Shown here piece after piece: positions 29,506 to 37,355 of a stretch of 64,000 bases of DNA (positions within the stretch are counted from its first letter, which is position 1; every line of letters begins with the position of its first letter). The notes under the pieces were generated by a model. It was not told where the DNA came from. It saw only the letters and a program-made list of their open reading frames with translations, and searched no databases. The position numbers were made by a program, and so were the translations under genes. This stretch comes from Escherichia coli 042 (GTDB taxonomy: Bacteria; Pseudomonadota; Gammaproteobacteria; Enterobacterales; Enterobacteriaceae), in assembly GCF_000027125.1 (NCBI RefSeq), contig NC_017626.1. One strand, written 5' to 3'.

Positions 29506-31044
29506 TTATTCTGAAGCGAGAAATTTGTCGAGATAAGGTACAACATAAGGAACAGAAGTCTGGAATATACCATTTTCAATCCAGTAAAGGGTGTTTGCCC
29601 CTGGGCGTAAATTAAAGGCGGTGAGATATGCATCAGCTGCTTCCCGGTTCATCCCCTTCATTTCATAAACCTTGCCAAGCAACACATAATTTAGCCAGGA
29701 CATTTCAAGATCAATGCCAGTATTTATCGCCTGGTAAGACTCATCTGTTTTACCTTTTACCAGAGCACTGACCGCTTTTATTTGATATATAATGGACAGG
29801 TTATTCAATTCCGGTAGTGTAACAATGTTATCTATTTCTGTGTTCAGTGCTGCTAATTGTTTTTCATCTAAAGGATGTTGAGAATGGCGCACGATATCAA
29901 CTAATGCTTTTTCTGCTCTCGCGTAGGTAAATTCTGGGGATGATTGAACAATCTCACCTAATAATTCACTGGCACGGTTCAATGATTTATCATCGCCATG
30001 CAGTAAATAATCATGTGCCTGATAAAAATTAGTTAATAACGCACCACGATGAGGCAAAATTTGCTGGAGCATCTCCTGCATTCGTTGTGGCCACGGTTGG
30101 TTTAACGCTTTTGATAAACTCTGGAGTAAATCATTTTGAATCGCCAGCTGATTACCGTTAGTGATGACATAACGTTTATCCAGCATGGTTGAACCATCTG
30201 CATTGTCTACCAATTTTACCGACATAAAGCATTGTTGAGCACGGTATTGGCGCTGATTAACAAACGCAATAGATAATGTTTTACCGGAACTGCTCGGTTC
30301 ATCAATGTTGTAGTTGATTTTGTCATGCACCATAAAGGTGGAGAAGGTGTTAAGTGATGTCGCCACCAAATCACCCACGCCTATCGCGTAAGAGAGCTGA
30401 TACGGGGAACTCCAGCTGTTACAACTTTTATTTACCATATTAATGTCAATATCGCGTGGATTGAGCAAAATACGCGATTTGCTCATCGGAAGACGTGTAT
30501 CAAGACTTGAAAACGCTACCAGTGCTACACAGATACCTAACGACAACAGGAAAAAAAACCATACCCAAAAGGTAGTGAATCGTTTGCTTTTAACTGGGGA
30601 TTGTTCAGGTGGCGTTGCGGTGTTTTGAATGTTAAGACTGTGGGAGGGAGAATCTGTGTCAGGAACCGCCTCTGGTATAGGGGGAGGCGAAGATAGCATT
30701 ATTTCCTCTCCCTCTTCTTCGCTGTACCAGATAACCGGCACCATTAATTTATAGCCGCGCTTTGGTACAGTAGCGATATAGACAGGACTATCTTCATCAT
30801 TATCTTTTAATGACTTACGTAGTTCTGAGATACTCTGCGTCACAACGTGATTGGTGACAATACTTCTCTTCCAGACATTATCGATAAGTTCATCCCTGCT
30901 AAGTACTTCGCCACTGTGTTGAGCAAAGAAAACCAGAAGATCGATTAATCTCGGCTCAAGGGTAAGTTGACGCCCATTGCGGCTAATTTGGTTTATGGAC
31001 GGAGTAACAAGCCATTCGCCAACGCGAACTACAGGTTGTTGCAT
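29506..31044 (-). CDS. cadC: CadC ToxR-like membrane-integrated pH/lysine-responsive activator
   Basis: 512 aa, MQQPVVRVGEWLVTPSINQISRNGRQLTLEPRLIDLLVFF... (winged-helix N-terminus), a single TM segment (FWVWFFFLLSLGICVALVAF) and a periplasmic sensor domain. Confidence 0.97.
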   Translation of the reverse strand: MQQPVVRVGEWLVTPSINQISRNGRQLTLEPRLIDLLVFFAQHSGEVLSRDELIDNVWKRSIVTNHVVTQSISELRKSLKDNDEDSPVYIATVPKRGYKLMVPVIWYSEEEGEEIMLSSPPPIPEAVPDTDSPSHSLNIQNTATPPEQSPVKSKRFTTFWVWFFFLLSLGICVALVAFSSLDTRLPMSKSRILLNPRDIDINMVNKSCNSWSSPYQLSYAIGVGDLVATSLNTFSTFMVHDKINYNIDEPSSSGKTLSIAFVNQRQYRAQQCFMSVKLVDNADGSTMLDKRYVITNGNQLAIQNDLLQSLSKALNQPWPQRMQEMLQQILPHRGALLTNFYQAHDYLLHGDDKSLNRASELLGEIVQSSPEFTYARAEKALVDIVRHSQHPLDEKQLAALNTEIDNIVTLPELNNLSIIYQIKAVSALVKGKTDESYQAINTGIDLEMSWLNYVLLGKVYEMKGMNREAADAYLTAFNLRPGANTLYWIENGIFQTSVPYVVPYLDKFLASE

Positions 31045-31334
31045 AATAGAAACTCATTCGAAAAGGGAATGATGCAATGATAATTGCCACAACCTATTTT
31101 TACCATCTATAGATGGGTTTATTTACATATTATTGGTGAATGCAAGACGTTATTTTTACCAGACATAAACTTCTTGATCACATAGTATTGAGAAAGGATT
31201 TTACTGAGAACCAGAAGTAATATTCCTTACCATCAAAATTCATCATCTTTGCCAAAGAAAAATGTTCAGAAAATAATCCATGGAAAATTGTCCGGAGCGC
31301 TTACTATTTTAATGGATTGTTAGTCTTTGCATGA

Positions 31335-31600
31335 GCAAGCGGACTGATACATTTCTCTTTGTTCTCATTCAGAAAATCTCATCAGTCGGCGTTCAGACCG
31401 GTGTTGTGCTTTATGGATGCGTTACGCTCCTGATGACGTCATTTGACATTCAACAGCATCACGGGGTCGCACGACATTTCACGTCAGTCAGCGCTATAGC
31501 TCAGGAACAAATTTTCCCGAATTGGGATATACCCGCAAAATGCTGGTGTTGTGGGGAGAATTTGGTTGAGTTCGGTAGAAATGATTTTTAGGCAGAACGC
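31335..31600 (-). pseudogene. P4-type integrase C-terminal remnant (yjdQ-like)
   Basis: Minus-strand translation gives broken fragments such as ...HQERNASIKHNTGLNAD* and RLMRFSE. These resemble the ...LSHSERNNVRAAYIH...ERRLMLQWW... C-terminus of P4-family integrases but carry frame breaks. K-12 carries an integrase-remnant pseudogene at this spot (recalled). Boundaries are approximate. Confidence 0.4.
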
Positions 31601-31621
31601 TTAAATTGTGGCGTCCTGAAA

Positions 31622-31650
31622 CGAAAAACGGACCTCCGTGGAGGTCCGTT
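31622..31650 (-). terminator. Original pheU rho-independent terminator
   Basis: The minus strand reads aacggacctcc-ac-ggaggtccgtt followed by ttttt, 10 nt downstream of the tRNA-Phe 3' fragment. Confidence 0.6.
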
Positions 31651-31660
31651 TATATGAATT

Positions 31661-31682
31661 TGGTGCCGGACTCGGAATCGAA
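31661..31682 (-). repeat. 22-nt 3'-terminal fragment of tRNA-Phe (pheU/pheV): island-distal att direct repeat
   Basis: tggtgccggactcggaatcgaa is the reverse complement of ...TTCGATTCCGAGTCCGG(G)CACCA, the acceptor/T-arm 3' end of E. coli tRNA-Phe with one C missing. The rest of the tRNA is absent, and unrelated AT-rich DNA follows at 31683. Confidence 0.8.
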
Positions 31683-31792
31683 AATTTCTTTTATCATATT
31701 GATATTAATATAATTTATTTGGTTTGATTAAAAATGTACCCTCAATTATACCCGCAGTCCCTTTTGATATCGAAAGGGAATCACACTCGGGA

Positions 31793-32635
31793 TCAGGCTG
31801 AGAGCACAGAAGGAAAGTACCTGGCTATTATATCGTTAATTCTGTCAATCAGTTCCAGCCTTTTGAAAGTGATGTGTGCAGATCCCTTCTTAAAGTATTT
31901 AATGATGAACATCTCGTCTTCATAGCGCTCTTTACCCTGAACGGACTGGATGTGACCATCCAGACGAATAGTGATGTTTTCCCGGTTGTCGGGGATCGGT
32001 TTGCCGCTGAACAGATGTAGCATTCTTTCCAGGTCGACGAGTCGGTCAGTCTGTTGCCCGGTGATAAGATGAAACCCCCACCGGTCCCACCTCACTAGGT
32101 TGTTGACGATAATTTTACTGCCAAATTTGCAGGGGCAATTGGTTTTGTAATTCCAGTTCAGTCCCCTGAAGACGTTGATCACCCCTCGCTCAAACACCTC
32201 ATCCTTATTCTGGTGTAGTTGTTCAAATGTGCTCAGAATGTTCGCTTCACTGATTTCCGGAAAATTATCGTGCTCCAGTGACCGGTACCATGTATCACGG
32301 GCCTGTGCATCCATTAAGGAAAGCATCCCTGAACGTTGCATCAGGTCACGCCAGATTTCGCGATCGAGATTGCGTGTGATGGCTTTCATTGCGGTTTCCG
32401 GTTTCTCCATCAGCCAGCAGCCGCAGCGAAAATCCTGTTTCATGGCCCAGTCCGGGGCGGCTTTACCGCCAATACTTTCTGTCATTGCTGATATTTCAGC
32501 CAGTTGCCGGATAAGTGTGTCGATTTGCAGCAGTGTACTCTTTCGTACAGCCAGAATGTGGCGGATACTGGTTGAGCAGATAACGTCCGTATGCCCGGTG
32601 ACCACTTCCGGACGGGAGATTGTGATGTCTGACAT
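31793..32635 (-). CDS. DUF4942-family protein (terminal gene of CP4-like elements)
   Basis: 280 aa, MSDITISRPEVVTGHTDVICSTSIRHILAVRKS.... Family recognised from memory of the gene that follows cbtA/yeeW in such elements; not verified. Confidence 0.6.
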   Translation of the reverse strand: MSDITISRPEVVTGHTDVICSTSIRHILAVRKSTLLQIDTLIRQLAEISAMTESIGGKAAPDWAMKQDFRCGCWLMEKPETAMKAITRNLDREIWRDLMQRSGMLSLMDAQARDTWYRSLEHDNFPEISEANILSTFEQLHQNKDEVFERGVINVFRGLNWNYKTNCPCKFGSKIIVNNLVRWDRWGFHLITGQQTDRLVDLERMLHLFSGKPIPDNRENITIRLDGHIQSVQGKERYEDEMFIIKYFKKGSAHITFKRLELIDRINDIIARYFPSVLSA

Positions 32636-32719
32636 TATCGGTTTCCCTTTTGGTTTATAAACGAAAACGCCAGCCCTGTTCAGGCTGACGTCAGTGGAAT
32701 GAAGTATGGTGAGTGATAT

Positions 32720-33142
32720 TTACCGGTTCTGGTGCAGAAGCTGCAGATGACGAAGAGTACGGACATCCTCCCGGGCCTGTTCGATACAGGGCAACAGTGC
32801 TACCGAATCCGTTTTATCCTCATCGTTGTCAAAGATAATTCCCGATTCGCAGTCGATATTGTCCTGCAGCCACGCAATGAGGATATCCAGCGCTGTTTCA
32901 GTGGTTAATGGCATCACGCTCTGTATCACTGTATTGTCTTCCGGCAACTGATGAGGGCTGGCAGAAGTCGCCGGTGTTTCGGTAGCGTCACGTTCATTCA
33001 CCACGCGGAGTGAATAACCGTTTTCAGCGACTTTGTTAATCAGTTCAGCGAGCTCAATACCATCGACGTCAACGACAATGCGCCCCATGTTCAGCGCCTG
33101 CGCATTAATGCTGTCGGCTTCCAGCGTCAGGGCCAGTTTCAT
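32720..33142 (-). CDS. YeeW-like protein downstream of the CbtA toxin
   Basis: 140 aa, MKLALTLEADSINAQALNMGRIVVDVDGIELAELINKVAENGYSLRVV...; its start overlaps the cbtA stop by 4 nt. Confidence 0.55.
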   Translation of the reverse strand: MKLALTLEADSINAQALNMGRIVVDVDGIELAELINKVAENGYSLRVVNERDATETPATSASPHQLPEDNTVIQSVMPLTTETALDILIAWLQDNIDCESGIIFDNDEDKTDSVALLPCIEQAREDVRTLRHLQLLHQNR

Positions 33143-33516
33143 TGTTTCGCCCCCGGATGTTTACCCAGGGTAATGTTATTTACCGTTCTGTAGTTGTCGC
33201 GTGTCATCAGGCCGGTTGCCCGGCGTGCCCGGAGAATATCAATGCTGTTGATTAACTGCGACGGGGCTCCTGCGCTGAATCCCGGCTGGTCGGTACGTAC
33301 CAGCGCGTATTTTTCAACGAGAAAGTTCACCGCGTCACACAGTGAAATCCCTGCCTCAATATGCTGCTCAATCACACGTTCATCAGCGAACGGTGTGTCA
33401 TTCAGCGTGAGGCCATAGTGCTGGTCCAGCAGTCGGGTGAGCAGTGTCTGCCAGATGGTGATGGGAGACGGGCAGCCCGATGCCTCCCGTACGTGAGTGT
33501 CGGGTAATGTATTCAT
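33139..33516 (-). CDS. cbtA: CbtA/YkfI/YpjF-family toxin (FtsZ/MreB inhibitor)
   Basis: ORF 33139-33621. The family N-terminus MNTLPDTHVREASGCPSPITIWQTLLTRLLDQHYGLTLNDTPF... begins at the ATG at 33516 (125 aa). Confidence 0.85.
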   Translation of the reverse strand: MNTLPDTHVREASGCPSPITIWQTLLTRLLDQHYGLTLNDTPFADERVIEQHIEAGISLCDAVNFLVEKYALVRTDQPGFSAGAPSQLINSIDILRARRATGLMTRDNYRTVNNITLGKHPGAKQ

Positions 33517-33562
33517 CTTAAGTTCTCTGTAACAGGTGGTTATAAAGGGGAGATATCCGGTG

Positions 33563-33940
33563 TTATACGGTGGTTGCGGGCGCTGCCGGTGTCGGATAAA
33601 CAGCCAGATAAACGTAACCACAGGAGCCGAGGGTGTCGGCTTCGCAGGTCAGCCCTTTCGCATACAGTGTCACGGTATGCTGATGGCGGGGATTCAGTTC
33701 ACCACTGGTGAGCATGAGCTCCAGTTGTTTCATCAGCAGCGGAAAGGCCTGGTCCAGGTGGTATGCATCTGCATCGCTGAACCGGCCTCTGATACCGGCG
33801 CGGTCGGCAAGGTAATGCAACCGGTTACCCTTCTGCACCAGACGTGCCCCGAAACAGGGCGTCACGGTGCAGGGCAGTCCCCACCAGAGGCGGTCGTGAT
33901 TGTCGTCGGGAGGCGTTGTCCCGGGGAGTGTGTCTGACAC
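33563..33940 (-). CDS. cbeA: CbeA/YeeU-family antitoxin
   Basis: 125 aa, MSDTLPGTTPPDDNHDRLWWGLPCTVTPCFGARLVQKGNRLHYLADRAG...; directly upstream of cbtA. Confidence 0.85.
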   Translation of the reverse strand: MSDTLPGTTPPDDNHDRLWWGLPCTVTPCFGARLVQKGNRLHYLADRAGIRGRFSDADAYHLDQAFPLLMKQLELMLTSGELNPRHQHTVTLYAKGLTCEADTLGSCGYVYLAVYPTPAAPATTV

Positions 33941-34019
33941 GATAAAGTCCTCACAGAAAATCGGTTAAGAATGGTCCGGTAGTGGCGATAATTCTGCTCA
34001 TCAGAATTCCCTTCCAGAC

Positions 34020-34241
34020 TCAGTTCAGGGTGACGCTCATCAGCCGGACATACGGACCAAAACTGTCCTTACGGCGTTCTGCAAACACAGCCAGTACACC
34101 GGGAATATCCTGCACTTCACGGCCGGTATATGTATCCGTGCTACCGTGCCAGCGGTATTTACCGGTACAGAACGGAAAAAGACGGGATGCAGGATGCTGA
34201 CGGTGAATACGCATGGCTTCACCACGGGTGATGATTTTCAT
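34020..34241 (-). CDS. YeeT-like DUF987 protein
   Basis: 73 aa, MKIITRGEAMRIHRQHPASRLFPFCTGKYRWHGSTDTYTGREVQDIPG... Confidence 0.8.
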   Translation of the reverse strand: MKIITRGEAMRIHRQHPASRLFPFCTGKYRWHGSTDTYTGREVQDIPGVLAVFAERRKDSFGPYVRLMSVTLN

Positions 34242-34327
34242 GAGAATAGTCCTCCTGAATGTGAAAGTAAGAAACAGCTGAGAAAGAGAAACTGAAGTGA
34301 TATGAAGGTGATTGTGACGGTGACGGG

Positions 34328-34804
34328 TTAAAGCAGACCGTGTTCCGCAAAGGAGAAAACCTGGCTGCCACCGACTATCAGATGGTCCGGTACCCGGATA
34401 TCAACCAGGGCCAGTGCCTGTACCAGACGCTCAGTGATAAGGCGGTCTGCCTTGCTGGGGGGGACTTCACCGGACGGGTGATTGTGCGCCAGCACCACGG
34501 CAGCGGCATTGTGGTACAGGGCGCGTTTAATCACTTCCCGGGGATGGACTTCCGTACGGTTGATGGTGCCGGTGAAGAGGGTTTCACCGGCAATCAGCTG
34601 ATTCTGGTTGTTCAGATACAGCACCCGGAACTCTTCACGCTCCAGTCCCGCCATGTTCAGAATCAGCCATTCCCGTGCCGCATGCGTGGAGGTGAAGGCC
34701 ACGCCGGGTTCATGAAGATGGCGGTCCAGGGTTTTCAGGGCCCGCTGAATGAGGCTGCGCTCGCCGGGTGTCATCTCTCCGGGCAGAAAGGAAAGTTGTT
34801 GCAT
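34328..34804 (-). CDS. RadC-like JAB/MPN domain protein (YeeS family)
   Basis: MQQLSFLPGEMTPGERSLIQRALKTL... with the JAMM motif HNHPSG. The ATG at 34804 has the SD GGAGAG. An alternative ATG at 34819 abuts the upstream stop. Confidence 0.88.
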   Translation of the reverse strand: MQQLSFLPGEMTPGERSLIQRALKTLDRHLHEPGVAFTSTHAAREWLILNMAGLEREEFRVLYLNNQNQLIAGETLFTGTINRTEVHPREVIKRALYHNAAAVVLAHNHPSGEVPPSKADRLITERLVQALALVDIRVPDHLIVGGSQVFSFAEHGLL

Positions 34805-34819
34805 TGTGCTTCTCTCCAT

Positions 34820-35293
34820 TCAATCGATGATGCGCATAATGGCGCTGCATTCCGGATGCTGCAGGGCGTAATCCCGCAGCCGGTAATAATGGACCGTCAT
34901 GGCATAACACTCCGTACGACAGGCATGATGACTGTACGTCATCAGACAGGCGGCAATGCCGGCGGCTTCCGGGCTCATTTCAGCGCGGTTACCGTTCATG
35001 GCATTGAACAGTACCCAGTTTTCGCCATCATCGTCATCCGGTTCGGGTGCCATAAATGCCCCGCCGTTGTTCAGGGTGTACAGATTCCAGATACCACCGC
35101 AGTAGTTTTCGCAAAGACGGTCCATCCAGCCGAAGACACGGGGCTCCAGGGTCACCCACTGTGGAATGAGGCCAAAGTGCTGCGGCCAGAAACTGATACG
35201 TTGTTCATCAGGGACGAGGCTGGCAACCAGTTGTTGCAGGTCAGTCTCCGGTGCTGAGACCGAAGAGGTGGTGTTCTGAGACAATGTTTTCAT
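34820..35293 (-). CDS. Antirestriction protein, KlcA/ArdB (YfjX) family
   Basis: 157 aa, ...RISFWPQHFGLIPQWVTLEPRVFGWMDRLCENYCGGIWNLYTLNNGGAFMAPE...; typical of CP4-type elements. Confidence 0.8.
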   Translation of the reverse strand: MKTLSQNTTSSVSAPETDLQQLVASLVPDEQRISFWPQHFGLIPQWVTLEPRVFGWMDRLCENYCGGIWNLYTLNNGGAFMAPEPDDDDGENWVLFNAMNGNRAEMSPEAAGIAACLMTYSHHACRTECYAMTVHYYRLRDYALQHPECSAIMRIID

Positions 35294-35594
35294 ATGTGAA
35301 ATCCTTGTAGTGTGAATAAATGCGAGGAAGTAAAGGTCGGGTGGCTGATAACATCACGTTCATCACTGACCGTGAGACCCGGTAATATCAGGGATGAATG
35401 ATATTCGGCTGAAATTCCGGACAGCCGTACGCGTAACCGTTCCGGTCACAGACGGATGGCCTGATGCCATTGCCTGTACTCAGTCTGCACAGACTGATTT
35501 CTCCGGGACGGTAAAGCAGACGGGTATACCAGGCGCACAGGTCATCATCAGAAATGGAACGACATCCCGGCAGCGCCTTCAGGGACAGGCTGCA

Positions 35595-36413
35595 TCAGCG
35601 CAGGCTCTCCAGCAGCGTTTCCGCCATCACCCACAATGCGCGGTTGAGCTTAATATCGGTGTCGATGCTGTGAATGGCACGGGTGTGGATACGTTTTCCT
35701 CTGGCACTGCGACCGGAAATCCCGCCTTTCAGCATATTCTCCTGGATGGTCTGATAAGTACTCCACAGGTCCTTACCGTAATCCTCCCTGCGTCGCGGTG
35801 TCAGAATGTCAGCGGTGGTGACGGGCTGATGTTCGTCACCATAACGGTAAGTCAGTGCCGCCTGTGCCAGCGCCTGGCGTGCCGGTGGCGGCAGAATCAG
35901 CGACTGCATGGCATCACGCTTTTCCTCAATCCGGTCAAAAACCCCCACCACCTCGTAAGCCCCTTCAATGACTCTGTCCACCACATTTCCCCGGTGCGGA
36001 ACACGCACTTCCCCCAGAGACTGACCACAGACGCATCCGTTCTGGCAGACGAACCTGAAGTAACCCGGCAGCATCTGGTAGCTGGAGGTACCGTCATGAG
36101 AGTTGAGCAGAATAATTTCAGGGAAATGTTCTCCGTTTATCTCTCCGGCCCGCCGCAGACGCAGCATGTGTTTTGTGTATCCCCGGCGGCCCGGGTCGCG
36201 CACACGGGTCTGGCAGGCGAAGAATGGCTGAAAGCCTTCCCGCTGCAGGCTTTCCAGTACGGTGATGGTGGGGATGTACGTATAGTTCTGGCTTCGGGAC
36301 GTGTGTTTATCTTCCCCGAAAATCCCCGGCACATAGTGCATCAGTTCTTCGTGTGTCAGCGGACGGTCACGGCGTATCTGGTTCGCATAACCAAAACGAC
36401 TGGCTAGTCGCAT
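35595..36413 (-). CDS. DUF932 protein (YfjQ/YafZ family)
   Basis: 272 aa, MRLASRFGYANQIRRDRPLTHEELMHYVPGIFGEDKHTSRSQNYTYIPT... Confidence 0.8.
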   Translation of the reverse strand: MRLASRFGYANQIRRDRPLTHEELMHYVPGIFGEDKHTSRSQNYTYIPTITVLESLQREGFQPFFACQTRVRDPGRRGYTKHMLRLRRAGEINGEHFPEIILLNSHDGTSSYQMLPGYFRFVCQNGCVCGQSLGEVRVPHRGNVVDRVIEGAYEVVGVFDRIEEKRDAMQSLILPPPARQALAQAALTYRYGDEHQPVTTADILTPRRREDYGKDLWSTYQTIQENMLKGGISGRSARGKRIHTRAIHSIDTDIKLNRALWVMAETLLESLR

Positions 36414-36512
36414 AATTTGCTCCTTATCGGTGGTTAAGATTTACTGGTGTAATAAATGAAAAAGCCACGTCTCCCGGAGAAGACGCGGCCTGATGGGTGA
36501 AATGAATGACGT

Positions 36513-36746
36513 TTATTGTCTGAGAAGACCGTCACTGGCGAGCCGCGTATTAAGCACCTTTCCGGCATCGGGTTCAGAATTCCGGCAGCGCCAGCGTCGC
36601 TGACCTTCCGCGTTGCGGATAACCCGACGGAAATGCATTCCCGGGTCATCCTGGATAAACACATTGCGGTAAGCTGTTATGACAGCAACCGCCTGCCCGT
36701 ATGAGAAAGATCCTTCAGCCAGGACATACTCTGTGTAACCCGGCAT
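36513..36746 (-). CDS. DUF905 small protein (YkfF/YafX-like)
   Basis: 77 aa, [52 protein letters not shown]... Confidence 0.6.
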   Translation of the reverse strand: MPGYTEYVLAEGSFSYGQAVAVITAYRNVFIQDDPGMHFRRVIRNAEGQRRWRCRNSEPDAGKVLNTRLASDGLLRQ

Positions 36747-36824
36747 ATCTGTTTTCTCCTGATAAATAAAAAGCCTCTGCCACGCGTTGTGACAGAGGCT
36801 GAAGCATGAAACTGACTTCAGGGA

Positions 36825-37280
36825 TCAGTTAACGTTTTTTCCGGAAACGGTAATTAGCAGTGGATGGTAGTCCTGGGGATCGAAAACCGATAACGGCAGA
36901 CTGACACGATGGCCGTTACTTTCTTCAGTTGCTTTAATGATTTCGGTTGTGGCGACATTTTCCACGCACTCCGTTTCCAGAAATGCGTCTGTGGTTCGCG
37001 TGGCATTACTGTCACCAAAAGCTTCCGTTTCCATTTTTCTGGTCACCAGCGTCTGACCATATTTGTCTTTGAGTTGCAGAGTGATGGTGAGGGGGCCAAA
37101 CCCTTCATCGTTTCCGCCATTATCCAGCCGGAACTGGTAAGCACAAATATTTCCCGGGAGCCATATCGTATCTGTATTGCGTATACTGATGTAACGTTGA
37201 TCCTGTGCCCGGAGTGGGGCAGACCACGTTAACCCCAGAATGAAGGCGGTAATCATGCAGGTTTTGAACAGGTGAATCAT
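36825..37280 (-). CDS. Small exported protein next to yeeR/flu (possibly the IrmA family)
   Basis: 151 aa with a clear Sec signal peptide, MIHLFKTCMITAFILGLTWSAPLRA|QD. Size and location beside Ag43/yeeR fit my recollection of UPEC IrmA, but I cannot verify the sequence identity. Confidence 0.55.
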   Translation of the reverse strand: MIHLFKTCMITAFILGLTWSAPLRAQDQRYISIRNTDTIWLPGNICAYQFRLDNGGNDEGFGPLTITLQLKDKYGQTLVTRKMETEAFGDSNATRTTDAFLETECVENVATTEIIKATEESNGHRVSLPLSVFDPQDYHPLLITVSGKNVN

Positions 37281-37355
37281 GGTATTTACCTCTCTGAATC
37301 ATGACGATGACACTGACAAGTCAGGTGATAAAACGTAAAAGGTGCAGAATACTCG

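Noticed and set aside
31331-31591. 86-aa plus-strand ORF between cadC and the att repeat
   Set aside because: It has no SD and an odd composition. The opposite strand shows fragments resembling a decayed P4-type integrase, so a pseudogene remnant is the more economical reading. I remain uncertain.
31661-31682. Possible functional tRNA-Phe gene
   Set aside because: Only the last 22 nt of the tRNA are present, with one base missing. There is no D-arm, anticodon arm or 5' acceptor strand, so it is an att repeat rather than a gene.
34340-36407. 305-aa (34340-35257) and 337-aa (35394-36407) plus-strand ORFs
   Set aside because: Both lie antisense to the recognised RadC, antirestriction and DUF932 genes. 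The translations are Gly/Arg/His-rich with no family resemblance.
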